This document shows, in pieces, positions 38,581 to 47,757 of a stretch of 64,000 nucleotides of DNA. The first letter of the stretch is position 1. Each line of letters starts with the position of its first letter. A program made the translations under genes and the position numbers. The notes under the pieces are model-generated. The model did no database searches, had not been told where the DNA came from, and was given only the letters and a program-made list of their open reading frames with translations. Source of the DNA: a virus (taxonomy: Duplodnaviria > Caudoviricetes); the IMG/VR virus record IMGVR_UViG_3300046408_000009, positions 1-64,000 of that record; one strand, 5' to 3'.

Positions 38581-40143
38581 TCACATCTGCTTCGTGAGTA
38601 AATCACCGGTAATCATGGCGTCCAAGTTCGGAGTCATCGCAGTTGGACCCTTAGTGGGGACCAGACTATAGACAGCCGCGTCACCACGGTCGGGACTGTT
38701 GAGATGACGGGCACGCATCTCGTCCTTACTCTCAACTTGTATCTGACCGTGCGAATTTATCTTGTAACGAATCGAGGTGAGTTGTGCAATCAATTCTTCA
38801 TCATCGGGATCGAGATCAAGACGACCATCTTCTCCCGTACCGCTATATCCAGCCAGCCATTCACGCATTCTCCACCACCACTCACTGCGAGCGTTGAAGA
38901 ACTTTGGTTTACCCCCCGGCAACACTTCGTCTTCGCTGCATCGCGCTGACGAGATCAGTGCATGGACTGGATACCCCTCTTCCGTCAAGATGTCAGTCAC
39001 GCCACCGCCCACCCCCGTATCGTCAATGTTTGCAATCGGGGTATTGAGGCGACCATTACCGATCATTTGGATGTGACCGGCTAGTTCAGTAACGGGACCG
39101 TACGCGATGTCCTTGACCACCCGTAAGTGCCCACCGCGACGTAGAACAATGATTGAATGGTCGGTACCGTAGCGAGCAACGTCCACCCCCATCCACGGAT
39201 CAACGTCGACCGGTGGAATCTCGCGAGCGCACGCCAGAGTCACCAGGTGCGGGTGGATGAGAGTGTTGTTGGTGACGTTTGGGAATTTTCCACGCACGCG
39301 AGACGTGAACAACGGACTGCCAATTCCCCATCGCTTGATACGGTCATTCACCCACGACGGCGTCACGAGAAGATCACGCACTTGCGATGGAATGGATTCG
39401 GTGCTGGGTTCGATACCCTCACTGATCATGATCGCTCGAACGGCGGGGTACTTATTCACCTCTTGCGCCGTGAAGTTAGGGCTGCGCAGCGCGTCAGCGT
39501 GAATGACGTTCCAACCCGACCCTGGTTGGCAAATCTTCTCGAAGTAACTACTGGGATCATCGGGGTTCCCCACCGCCACGATACGGGCGAGATCGTTAGT
39601 GGCTAGCGATTCTGCGGCATCAAAAATTCCCTGTGACACTCCGCACGCCTCGTCAACGATTACTAATACAAATCTGGCGTGAATTCCCAAGAACGACCCG
39701 GCGTCGTAGTCCGCAGGCTTACGACCGTAGGCAACGATTTCATCGGGACCCGACCCCATATCGAGTTTCCAGACACAGTCGGAAGTCAAACGTCCTCTCA
39801 ACATACCCTTGCGATGTGCACGAGCGAGTTCCTTCCAAAGAATTGTTTCGACCTGGGACCACGTCGGTGCGGTCGTCACTACGAATGCTTCGCCCGGTGG
39901 GTGGGTCTCGATCCACCACGCAGACAATCGAGACGCCGTAAAAGATTTGCCAATCGAGTTGCTGGAGTGTACAACCGTGTGCTTATTTTTCACCACACTG
40001 GCAAGGATTTCTCGTTGTTTCTCCGTGGTGTGTTCGCTCAATCGAGAGTCAATCCACCCCGCTGGGTCGTCAGCGAACGGAGATTTTGGCGGATCAAGTC
40101 GATCAGAGAAAATCGAGAGTGGATCGTACGCCTTGATATTCAT
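38581..40143 (-). CDS. terL: Terminase large subunit
   Basis: Walker A SNSIGKS, Walker B VIVDEA, GNP coupling motif, nuclease GVDVARYGTD and SPDRGDA. Confidence 0.95.
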   Translation of the reverse strand: MNIKAYDPLSIFSDRLDPPKSPFADDPAGWIDSRLSEHTTEKQREILASVVKNKHTVVHSSNSIGKSFTASRLSAWWIETHPPGEAFVVTTAPTWSQVETILWKELARAHRKGMLRGRLTSDCVWKLDMGSGPDEIVAYGRKPADYDAGSFLGIHARFVLVIVDEACGVSQGIFDAAESLATNDLARIVAVGNPDDPSSYFEKICQPGSGWNVIHADALRSPNFTAQEVNKYPAVRAIMISEGIEPSTESIPSQVRDLLVTPSWVNDRIKRWGIGSPLFTSRVRGKFPNVTNNTLIHPHLVTLACAREIPPVDVDPWMGVDVARYGTDHSIIVLRRGGHLRVVKDIAYGPVTELAGHIQMIGNGRLNTPIANIDDTGVGGGVTDILTEEGYPVHALISSARCSEDEVLPGGKPKFFNARSEWWWRMREWLAGYSGTGEDGRLDLDPDDEELIAQLTSIRYKINSHGQIQVESKDEMRARHLNSPDRGDAAVYSLVPTKGPTAMTPNLDAMITGDLLTKQM

Positions 40144-40153
40144 TGACGGAATG

Positions 40154-40729
40154 CTACCGCCTAGCCCCACACCACATTGCAAGTCGCATTGGTTCCGTTC
40201 GTACCGCGAGACGAGTACCAAGAAACCCTGCGGCTGCTTGTACCATCATGACGTGCGTGGAGCAAATAACGTGATCGCTCCATGACGCGTCGAGTTGTAG
40301 CCCAGTTGCGTCGTCAACGATGATCGCGGGATACTCGAACCACCCGTAATCTGCTCCCGACATCGCGTTATCGAACTGCGCTGCTGCTCTGCGTTGCGTA
40401 TCGTCAATGTCAAACGACACCACGGCGTACAGCCGTGCTCGATACGACTCCAGTGGTCGACGCTCGTACCCCCAAAATCCCATCTCAGAAATCATGGGTA
40501 CGATTGCGTCGCTGGTCCGGATAACACCCGCGTGCCCGCACCATGTATATCCGTCGAGTGCCGGTTCGCGAATAGTTGCAATTTTTTCCGCGTCTTCAAT
40601 CAACGTCGACGCAATGGTTCCGTGATCCACGAGGATGATGTCGGTGTCTTTCGGGTTCTCGCAGTGCTGACCTCTCTCGAAAAAACGAACCGTGAGTGGT
40701 GGAATAACAAGTTGAAAGTCTTCGTTCAT
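40154..40729 (-). CDS. Permuted papain-like amidase (YiiX/YaeF-like)
   Basis: His before Cys: DIILV...WCGHAGV...GADY...VICS. Confidence 0.7.
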   Translation of the reverse strand: MNEDFQLVIPPLTVRFFERGQHCENPKDTDIILVDHGTIASTLIEDAEKIATIREPALDGYTWCGHAGVIRTSDAIVPMISEMGFWGYERRPLESYRARLYAVVSFDIDDTQRRAAAQFDNAMSGADYGWFEYPAIIVDDATGLQLDASWSDHVICSTHVMMVQAAAGFLGTRLAVRTEPMRLAMWCGARR

Positions 40730-41019
40730 TTTTTAGTCTCAGCATGATGAAGCGCAAAGTGATGCTTTGTCGGACGCTCCATTGAGTTAACTATTGGGTG
40801 ACACTTTTTGCACAATCGGTACTTCACACCGTTCATCTCGTACTCGTGTCGACCAAATCTCCAGCATCCTTTTGAGTGACAATTTTGGTGGCGCACAATC
40901 GTAACGAGGCCCCCGACGATTGCCATCTCACCAATGTCACTCCCGAATCCGGACCAAAAATTGTACGCTCCGTTGGGAACGAGCGGCCTCACCCCAATGA
41001 AGTGAAGAAACCAATTCAC
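40726..41019 (-). CDS. Membrane protein with C-terminal Cys/His cluster
   Basis: GTG start overlapping the upstream stop; hydrophobic N-terminal half, then HQNCHSKGCWRFGRH...LCKKCHP. Confidence 0.7.
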   Translation of the reverse strand: MNWFLHFIGVRPLVPNGAYNFWSGFGSDIGEMAIVGGLVTIVRHQNCHSKGCWRFGRHEYEMNGVKYRLCKKCHPIVNSMERPTKHHFALHHAETKK

Positions 41020-41213
41020 ACTTGTGCACGTGGTAGAAGCCAGTTCAGGACGATGGCGATCCATCCACAAATCATCCAACTATCCGACCCGAATGAGAAG
41101 AGATCGTTGCCGTGAAGTGCCAATAGAGCGAGTACGAAGAGGAGTACCGCAACCCAGAGAAGAATTCGAATTCCTCTGTTCTGATGCGGTGTCGATGTTG
41201 GGACTGTCGTCAT
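41016..41213 (-). CDS. Small membrane protein (holin-like)
   Basis: Two hydrophobic segments in 65 aa. Confidence 0.65.
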   Translation of the reverse strand: MTTVPTSTPHQNRGIRILLWVAVLLFVLALLALHGNDLFSFGSDSWMICGWIAIVLNWLLPRAQV

Positions 41214-41226
41214 ATATTCCCTTTCG

Positions 41227-41721
41227 CTAATGTCCGGGCAATGTCAATACGTATATGGTAATTGGAATAGTTACGACTGCAGCAATTGCACTTATTAATG
41301 CAACGATCTGCCCCATTGACGCACGACGTTCACTCTTTGTGTCAACAGTTGCCTGTTTTGCACCAGCACCAAGATAGAACGCATTTTTGAGTTGAGTCAC
41401 ATCATCAATGATCGGCTTCAATTTCGCATCCAATGATGACTCAAGAGTGTTTTTGGTGATCTCCACGGTGGCCGCGAGCGTCTTAGCCGTTTCGATCTGG
41501 GTATCAATGGCTCGTTGCGCCGTAGCGACAATGGCAGAGAGGTTAGAGTCAATTCGCTTACTCTCCGCTCGACGGAGTTGGTGAGCAAAATGCTCGCGCA
41601 TCTTAGCCTCACGTCGAAGTGATTTCGCTAATTGCAATCGTTCACGGCGTTCTGACTCTAGTCCCGTACTAACGAGCGCGATGACGTTCGCGGTGGGGTC
41701 GACTATTTTCGTCTTAGCCAT
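41227..41721 (-). CDS. Coiled-coil protein with C-terminal membrane anchor
   Basis: Helical charged body; IVALISAIAAVVTIPITIYVL transmembrane segment. Confidence 0.75.
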   Translation of the reverse strand: MAKTKIVDPTANVIALVSTGLESERRERLQLAKSLRREAKMREHFAHQLRRAESKRIDSNLSAIVATAQRAIDTQIETAKTLAATVEITKNTLESSLDAKLKPIIDDVTQLKNAFYLGAGAKQATVDTKSERRASMGQIVALISAIAAVVTIPITIYVLTLPGH

Positions 41722-42112
41722 AGAGTGCTTTGCAATTACGCAGTTTTAGGTCCCGATTGAGTTGCGCTTCGAACAAACTAAACGCCTGACGTTGCTGAAC
41801 GGTTGGGTGCGTTGGTTCGAATTTGGAGAAGACGTAGTTCCAAAGTTGGGTTTCATCGGAACGGGTTTTATTGCCAGCCACGCACGCGGAGTACTCTGCG
41901 TGCGTCGTTACGGTGTGGAGTTCGTTCACCCCGTACCCAATGATCACCGTGAGAATGATGTCAATAAGAAAAGAAATGACCAATGCTCGAATGACCCTGG
42001 TATTGGTGCGCGTCATTTGCGCGTTGATCTTTACGACCTCGTCCAACGTGCCGATGTCGTAGTGCATATCACTGCGACGATCCGACCCGCTACGCTCCGT
42101 CTCGTCATTCAT
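41714..42112 (-). CDS. Membrane protein
   Basis: Single TM segment ALVISFLIDIILTVIIGYG; extracytoplasmic part with two Cys. Confidence 0.7.
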   Translation of the reverse strand: MNDETERSGSDRRSDMHYDIGTLDEVVKINAQMTRTNTRVIRALVISFLIDIILTVIIGYGVNELHTVTTHAEYSACVAGNKTRSDETQLWNYVFSKFEPTHPTVQQRQAFSLFEAQLNRDLKLRNCKALYG

Positions 42113-42569
42113 GCACGGACTCCGTCTCCGGAAGTGTCCCCAATGCTTTTTCGATGCGTAGGAGAGAATCACCAAAGCCGGGACCATCGCCACCGTTCCT
42201 CTGATTCTTTTTGCGGTAATCGACAAACTCGCGAGTTAGATTCTCAAGTCCACTCTTCACTGACAAAAGAACATCATGATCTTCGTAGGCAGTCTTTTCT
42301 ACCTTGCCAATACGTTCAGTGTGTGCCGCCAACGCTCCCTCATTTTCTGCACACGCGTGCTCAACGGCTTGCATTCGTTCCGGAGCCGGAAGAATTTTTG
42401 CAATAAGCCCCTTGGTGCCGGGGTCACCGGCAATGAAAAGATCGATGATCTTCTTCTGCTTTCGTTTTAGTTTCGCCTCATCCGACCACGGCTTGAATAT
42501 GATAGCGAGCGCCCCGATAAAAGCCGCGCCTACTGACCCGATTGCACCCTCCCACTGTAGACCGGCCAC
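42105..42569 (-). CDS. Membrane-anchored coiled-coil protein
   Basis: N-terminal hydrophobic helix, then a charged helical region. Confidence 0.75.
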   Translation of the reverse strand: MAGLQWEGAIGSVGAAFIGALAIIFKPWSDEAKLKRKQKKIIDLFIAGDPGTKGLIAKILPAPERMQAVEHACAENEGALAAHTERIGKVEKTAYEDHDVLLSVKSGLENLTREFVDYRKKNQRNGGDGPGFGDSLLRIEKALGTLPETESVHE

Positions 42570-42571
42570 GA

Positions 42572-43039
42572 CTAACCGATGATCAAATCAATGCCGTACG
42601 CAATCGTCCCAGTGCCAGCAACCGTGCACACCACCTGAATATCTGCGGGCAGCATGTCATTAGCCGAAAGGTTCGCTACCGCCGTGAATCCGGTACCTAC
42701 GCGCAACGGCGTAGTAGCGACTGCAGCGAGCGCGGTGCTGGTGAGGATCGGGTAGACCACTCCATCCTTATTCTTACCGTTGATTTGAACCGTTAGGGTG
42801 TCGCCACCCGTTACGGCTGTGATGTTGACGATCAGTGCCAACTGCGCCTCTAACGAGGGGTCAGTAATGATGTCCTTCGTCACCGATGTAGTGGTTCCCG
42901 GTGCAACGAATACTCCCGTCGTGGAGTATTGAACCATCTCTCCGGTGTTTGCGAGTTGTGCGGTTGCGGTGGTGCCGTTGAGCCAGGGGGGTGGCGGCTG
43001 CAGTGGGGTGTTGCCTTCGACCGGGTATATGATGCTCAT
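42572..43039 (-). CDS. Probable structural (beta-rich, decoration-like) protein
   Basis: Thr/Ala/Val-rich beta-strand pattern. Confidence 0.7.
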   Translation of the reverse strand: MSIIYPVEGNTPLQPPPPWLNGTTATAQLANTGEMVQYSTTGVFVAPGTTTSVTKDIITDPSLEAQLALIVNITAVTGGDTLTVQINGKNKDGVVYPILTSTALAAVATTPLRVGTGFTAVANLSANDMLPADIQVVCTVAGTGTIAYGIDLIIG

Positions 43040-43716
43040 CTCGTTGAGACCTCCAATTGTAGGTTCGATGTTGCAGTAATACCGGCGCGGACTTCACGAG
43101 CCATTGCTTCGGAAAGATTTCGTTTTACGTCATCAGACAACGGCATACTGCGTAGCGCACGTTCGAATGCAGTGAGGAAAATGCCACTGGTCGACTCGGC
43201 GTTTCTCACCATGCGCTCATCGATACCTGCATCAAGAGCCATCTTGCATGCACGCATATAACGATCCGTCCACACCTGTTGGAGTTCCAACAAGATGTGT
43301 GCGGACTGGTCCCAATTGTGGTCATGCCCCCAGAGACCGGGACGCTCCACCTCCACCGGGGTGCCGTCCGCTGACACGATGGTGTCAGTGTACGGTTCCT
43401 CAGGAAGTTCGCTCACCAGCAACTGAAACATTCGTGACATGGTGCCACACATCTGCACCGCTTCGAGAAGACCATCCAGGGGACTCATCTCGATATCGAG
43501 TGACCACATTAATTCGGCAACTTCTCTGCCGTTGCGCTTCATGAACGTGGCTTGTCGAGCCTTCTGACGCTCCAGTTTGGTGCAGTGAATTATGCACTTG
43601 TCCATCCCGCGAACGGCGTGCCCCTGACACGGTTTCATTAGAGGCTCGCGCGTGATGTAATCACGAACGGCTTCGTTATTTTCATCGCGTACGACGGATA
43701 ATCCAGTGCACTGCAT
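43036..43716 (-). CDS. terS: Terminase small subunit (putative)
   Basis: C..HAVRGMDKCIIH motif; helical body with CKMALDAGIDER; upstream of terL. Confidence 0.65.
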   Translation of the reverse strand: MQCTGLSVVRDENNEAVRDYITREPLMKPCQGHAVRGMDKCIIHCTKLERQKARQATFMKRNGREVAELMWSLDIEMSPLDGLLEAVQMCGTMSRMFQLLVSELPEEPYTDTIVSADGTPVEVERPGLWGHDHNWDQSAHILLELQQVWTDRYMRACKMALDAGIDERMVRNAESTSGIFLTAFERALRSMPLSDDVKRNLSEAMAREVRAGITATSNLQLEVSTR

Positions 43717-43723
43717 GAGTTGC

Positions 43724-43879
43724 TTACTTCTTTCCCTTCTTGGGGGAACCCTTCTTCGCGACGGCAGTCGGGTTCCCATCGGGCTTAGCACCTGACGGGC
43801 TGACATTCTTGCCAATGGCTTTCGTTGCCTTACCCGTGCCCTTACCGGCTTGAGTTTTGTCGGTCGTGATCTTCGCCAT
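43724..43879 (-). CDS. 51-aa Lys/Gly-rich basic microprotein
   Basis: MAKITTDKTQAGKGTGKATKAIGKNVSPSGAKPDGNPTAVAKKGSPKKGKK, translated by hand; fits the gap between the Rpf and terS genes. Confidence 0.75.
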   Translation of the reverse strand: MAKITTDKTQAGKGTGKATKAIGKNVSPSGAKPDGNPTAVAKKGSPKKGKK

Positions 43880-43913
43880 GGTGCACCCCTTCGTTGGACG
43901 CACTATACATCAA

Positions 43914-44396
43914 CTAATATCCACCAGTACAGAAACTGGTACCCGGTGCTTGATCCGGCCACCATCCATATGGCATCAGAACACCGTTCCAACGCAATCG
44001 AGTGTGGTTCACGAAGTGCGCCATAGCCCACGCTTGTTGCGCTGGTGTGGCATCAGCCATGCTCGCGGGGAACGATTTTGCTTTCCACATTGACCACAAC
44101 CCGTTCATCCAACCCAACCCGCCAGAATACGTCCACCCGCGTACGTGCCAATTGCCGCTTTCTTCGCACACGTCCACGCGGGACGCTTTTTGCATGATGG
44201 CGTCACTCACTAATGGGGGGTGAGCAACGAACCGATGATGGGTAGTTGATCTATGAAATATTTTGATGTGCGGGATCGACGCTCGCTGCGTCGACGTGTG
44301 GTGCGCGTATGTGTCGGCAGTGGCTACCGGCGCAACGCCATTGGAAATTAGTAAAAAGACAATAGGGATGAGAAGAGTTCTCTTGAGACGGATCAC
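43914..44396 (-). CDS. rpf: Secreted resuscitation-promoting factor (Rpf)-like lytic transglycosylase
   Basis: Signal peptide, His/Thr linker, then VCEESGNW...YSGGLGW..GLW...ADATPAQQ...WWP...C matching the Rpf consensus (CExGGNW, YxGGxQF, ATREEQ, WP..C). Confidence 0.8.
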   Translation of the reverse strand: MIRLKRTLLIPIVFLLISNGVAPVATADTYAHHTSTQRASIPHIKIFHRSTTHHRFVAHPPLVSDAIMQKASRVDVCEESGNWHVRGWTYSGGLGWMNGLWSMWKAKSFPASMADATPAQQAWAMAHFVNHTRLRWNGVLMPYGWWPDQAPGTSFCTGGY

Positions 44397-44445
44397 GATG
44401 CTCCGATGTTCGAGGAATGTTAAGCACTGCGGACTACGTTGTGGT

Positions 44446-46137
44446 TCATAGTTGCTTAACCTCCCTCGCCAGCGTGTCGTCTGCCTTTAGTTCCCCCCGG
44501 CCCTCAATCAGTTCGAGACCGCGTAATTTCGATAGTGAATTTGCAAATCCACTTGACGTCGGTGAGTAATTCGTCGCGGCTGCAATATCGTTCTTGTCCA
44601 TACTTTTAGGCCACACATCAACCAGTGTGCGCAAAATCGCAGACTCACATTTACCAAGTTTCCCCAACCAATGTTGAAGTAGTTCCGGCCCAGTAGCGAG
44701 GGGTTCGTAGTTTCCCTCGATAGCCAAACTGCCAGAACCAGTGATTCGCAAATCTCCACGACCTTCGATAAACCCTAATGTCCGCAATCTACTCAACGAA
44801 TTCGCGAATCCGCTTGATCGTCCACTGTACTCGGAAAGCGTGGCCACCTGTTGGCGAGATCGTCCTTGCGGGAACTGAGCCAAAACACTAAGAATCGCAC
44901 GCTCACAACGACCAAGACCGATTTCTCCGTTATCTTGAGAATCTGTTCTACTTACTTTTCTCTCAGGGGTCTCGAAAATTCGAAGAGGTTGAGATACAAC
45001 TGGCGCACGAGAATCTTCTCTCACTGTCTTAGCCGACCCACTGACGAGAATCTGTTCACGAAGTTTTTGTAATTCCTCATCTATTGACTGCAGTCCCTTT
45101 TCAATGGACGTGACCCAATCGGGGACAATCTCAATAATTTTCTCAACTGTCACAGTCTCTACCGTTGGCTTTTGCGTCTTAATTTTTTGTTCGAGTTCTA
45201 CAATTTTCTTTCGCAGTATTTTTGGGTCATCACCTTGTGCACGTTCGATTGACGCAGCCATTTGAGTTTTCAATGAGCCGAGATCAATATCTGCGAGAGT
45301 AGCCACTTTGCGTTTCTTGCCCACCTCCGGCGTTGCTCCGGAGTCGAACGTTTCGCGACGACGAAATTTATGTTTGGCAGCAATTTGCAACCACTGAGGT
45401 GACACAACCCACGCGATACCACTGGACAGTTTAGGGAGATCGTCCACGATTGTTCGGGACTCTGCGTAGTAGTCGATCCACCCCAGGATTGCTTTACGGT
45501 CATTCGCGCCTGTGGTGCGAAGTGCAAACAACGTCTGGGCTTGACTGAGTACATCCTTGTTGACGCTGGCACTGCGCTGGGAAATGATCGAACAACCAAG
45601 ACCGCGTTGTCGACCACGCTTAACGATTAACGTCCACGCGTTCACACACTTGGCTTGGTCCCCTCGAACCATCTGAGGAAGATACTCGTCCGCCTCTTCT
45701 AAGAACAGGTGTCGTGGCTGCAGACTTTTGGCGTGCAGTCGAAAAAGAGTCTGTGCAAATTCAGTGAGAAATCTCGTTTGCGATGCCTTTGATGGAAAAT
45801 CCGAGACGTCGAGAATACACGTCAGATTAAACGTATCCACCAGTTCCGCAATAAATTTCCCGCTCTCCGCTTCTAATGGAAGATCACCGTGAAGCCCTCC
45901 AAAGATGGGAATAGGAAGACCGGGTTTGCGCCCCGTAGAGTCTGACCGCATCCCCCACCAGTCACCCTTAGGGTCAACGGCCACCCAGGGTAAGCCGTTC
46001 TTATACATCTCCTCCGCCATAACCACGGCGGCATTCGACTTACCAGCACGCCCCACGGCCAGCAGTGCAAAAGTCTCCGTGACCGCCTCAAGGGGAAGGT
46101 CAAACCCTGGACCAACGTGCAGCATCGCCGCCGTCAT
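44446..46137 (-). CDS. HerA/FtsK-superfamily ATPase with two C-terminal winged-helix repeats
   Basis: AVGRAGKS Walker A, HLFLEEADE Walker B, GRQRG..IISQR..V.K.VLSQ motif; duplicated CE.AIL...SSGFANSLS.LR.L..IEGRG. Confidence 0.85.
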   Translation of the reverse strand: MTAAMLHVGPGFDLPLEAVTETFALLAVGRAGKSNAAVVMAEEMYKNGLPWVAVDPKGDWWGMRSDSTGRKPGLPIPIFGGLHGDLPLEAESGKFIAELVDTFNLTCILDVSDFPSKASQTRFLTEFAQTLFRLHAKSLQPRHLFLEEADEYLPQMVRGDQAKCVNAWTLIVKRGRQRGLGCSIISQRSASVNKDVLSQAQTLFALRTTGANDRKAILGWIDYYAESRTIVDDLPKLSSGIAWVVSPQWLQIAAKHKFRRRETFDSGATPEVGKKRKVATLADIDLGSLKTQMAASIERAQGDDPKILRKKIVELEQKIKTQKPTVETVTVEKIIEIVPDWVTSIEKGLQSIDEELQKLREQILVSGSAKTVREDSRAPVVSQPLRIFETPERKVSRTDSQDNGEIGLGRCERAILSVLAQFPQGRSRQQVATLSEYSGRSSGFANSLSRLRTLGFIEGRGDLRITGSGSLAIEGNYEPLATGPELLQHWLGKLGKCESAILRTLVDVWPKSMDKNDIAAATNYSPTSSGFANSLSKLRGLELIEGRGELKADDTLAREVKQL

Positions 46138-46331
46138 GAGTAATCCGAAATGTCGCCACCAACGTCACTGTCGTCATCTTCCTTAGCCTGGTGCACGAAA
46201 GGAAAATACATTTTTGCGGGGCAGAACGATTCCTTGTTCTGGTCCTCCCAACGATGCTTGCGAGCATTCCACTCGATCCCGTGCTCACACCAGGTGCATT
46301 CGTGGGACATGAGCAGGTCCGTGATCGTCAT
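46134..46331 (-). CDS. Small hypothetical protein (Cys/His)
   Basis: 65 aa with CTWC..H; overlaps neighbours. Confidence 0.65.
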   Translation of the reverse strand: MTITDLLMSHECTWCEHGIEWNARKHRWEDQNKESFCPAKMYFPFVHQAKEDDDSDVGGDISDYS

Positions 46332-46489
46332 GCCACCTCACGATAGTTCTGGCACCTACACCCGCGCACGGTGCAGGGCCGTGGTGAAGTTCCCTTCTGC
46401 TTGCCGTGCTTATTTTCCTTGTGAGTGCATTCGCACGTTCCGGGTCGGTAGTGCTCGTACCCATTAACCGCTGCGGAGTCAGTCGTCAT
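46328..46489 (-). CDS. 53-aa CxCxH-type Zn-binding microprotein
   Basis: MTTDSAAVNGYEHYRPGTCECTHKENKHGKQKGTSPRPCTVRGCRCQNYREVA; ATGA overlap with the next gene. Confidence 0.7.
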   Translation of the reverse strand: MTTDSAAVNGYEHYRPGTCECTHKENKHGKQKGTSPRPCTVRGCRCQNYREVA

Positions 46490-46769
46490 TGTCGTCTCCG
46501 GATGGGTACCACGCGCCGCATCTCTTGCAAATTAGTTTGAATTCATGAGCATGGTCGTCTGGTGCGACTCGAACAATTTGCACGTAGGAGATGTTGTAAA
46601 ACATTCCGTTAACGTTGACCACGTATACCGTGTTGGACGTGTCCGACTCCTCATCGAAATGAAGAGTGATGTCGTCAATGACACCGTCGACTTCCACGAA
46701 CTTCAGTGGTCCGGTGGGTGCCTTGAAAGTGATCTGGTCACCGATCTCGTAGGTGATTGCGATCTTCAC
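46479..46769 (-). CDS. Hypothetical protein
   Basis: GTG start overlapping the thyX stop (GTGA); 96 aa. Confidence 0.7.
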   Translation of the reverse strand: MKIAITYEIGDQITFKAPTGPLKFVEVDGVIDDITLHFDEESDTSNTVYVVNVNGMFYNISYVQIVRVAPDDHAHEFKLICKRCGAWYPSGDDNDD

Positions 46770-47488
46770 GGTGCCACGTATCCATTCTCCACGAATGCTG
46801 CGTGGGTAATGGGCATAAACGCTGCAAATGATTCTTCCATCACGTCCGCCACCACATTGATCTCGTGCATGGGTGAACTCGGAAATTTTGCCATGGGGTG
46901 TCTTTGGCGCAATGAAAGAAATGACATCAAACTGCGAGAATTGCACGTGGCGTACATGGTTGAGTAGGTCGACACGGGAAGACACATGCGAGCAACCTCT
47001 TTAGCAACCCCTCTATTAAGTTGCATTTGATATGCGTAGTACGCAGTCTGACACGAGTTCTTTTGTACGGCACGCATGACGTCGTGCTGTTCTTCTGTGC
47101 CGGGTTCGAAGATGTAATGACCTGGTTTGCCAGATTGCGTGAGATTACGCTCCTCGTCGGGAACGTAGAACTTCCCACGCAATTCTTTGTAGCGACCGCT
47201 CTCCTCGTTATAACTCCAACCAATACGGTGGCGATGAAACTCGCGAAACACGAAGATCGGTGCCTCCACGAAAAATGTAAATTGATTGTGCTCGAACGGA
47301 GTACCGTGTCGATTGCGCATGAGGAATTTAATCAAACCCTCGTTCGCTTCGGGTGCGGTTGCGTATCCCAGAATTTCTTCACCCTGGGTACTCACGCGAG
47401 CCGCGCTAACTACCGTTGCATCATCTGCCAGCACCCGAACCAACTGCACGTTGATCTCGCTGGAAAACTCAACTTCATTTTTCGTCAT
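46766..47488 (-). CDS. thyX: FAD-dependent thymidylate synthase ThyX
   Basis: HGTPFEH, REFHRHRIGWSYNEESGRY ThyX motif, EVARMCLP, RSLMSFLSLR. Confidence 0.97.
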   Translation of the reverse strand: MTKNEVEFSSEINVQLVRVLADDATVVSAARVSTQGEEILGYATAPEANEGLIKFLMRNRHGTPFEHNQFTFFVEAPIFVFREFHRHRIGWSYNEESGRYKELRGKFYVPDEERNLTQSGKPGHYIFEPGTEEQHDVMRAVQKNSCQTAYYAYQMQLNRGVAKEVARMCLPVSTYSTMYATCNSRSLMSFLSLRQRHPMAKFPSSPMHEINVVADVMEESFAAFMPITHAAFVENGYVAP

Positions 47489-47509
47489 TACGTCCTTTCG
47501 TCTGGGTCG

Positions 47510-47539
47510 AACCTAACACATTTGCAGAACGAACTGCAA
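47510..47539 (-). promoter_or_regulatory. Promoter TTGCAG-18-TAGGTT with TCTGCAAA in the spacer (thyX)
   Basis: Matches the recurring phage promoter pattern. Confidence 0.6.
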
Positions 47540-47544
47540 ATTAG

Positions 47545-47757
47545 TTAGCGTCGAGATGACCCAGAATGTTCGTCTCGGAACGCACGCCAATCAACACCAG
47601 CGTCATCCAACGCTTCCCGCAATTCTTCGATAAGAAATGCAGGAATCCCACGGCGTGCACTGACACCAGCATCAGCCGATTTAGAAGGAAACGCTGCTAT
47701 CTGCAATGCGATAGCAGCGATTTTCTTCAATTGCTCACGTGTCACACAATCTCCCAT
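47545..47757 (-). CDS. Hypothetical protein
   Basis: 70-aa ORF tightly packed. Confidence 0.65.
   Translation of the reverse strand: MGDCVTREQLKKIAAIALQIAAFPSKSADAGVSARRGIPAFLIEELREALDDAGVDWRAFRDEHSGSSRR

Noticed and set aside
600-47500. Many plus-strand ORFs of 60-290 aa opposite the replication and structural genes (e.g. 23757-24620, 41762-42406, 30537-31169)
   Set aside because: Antisense shadows of well-supported minus-strand genes; no recognisable motifs or expression signals.
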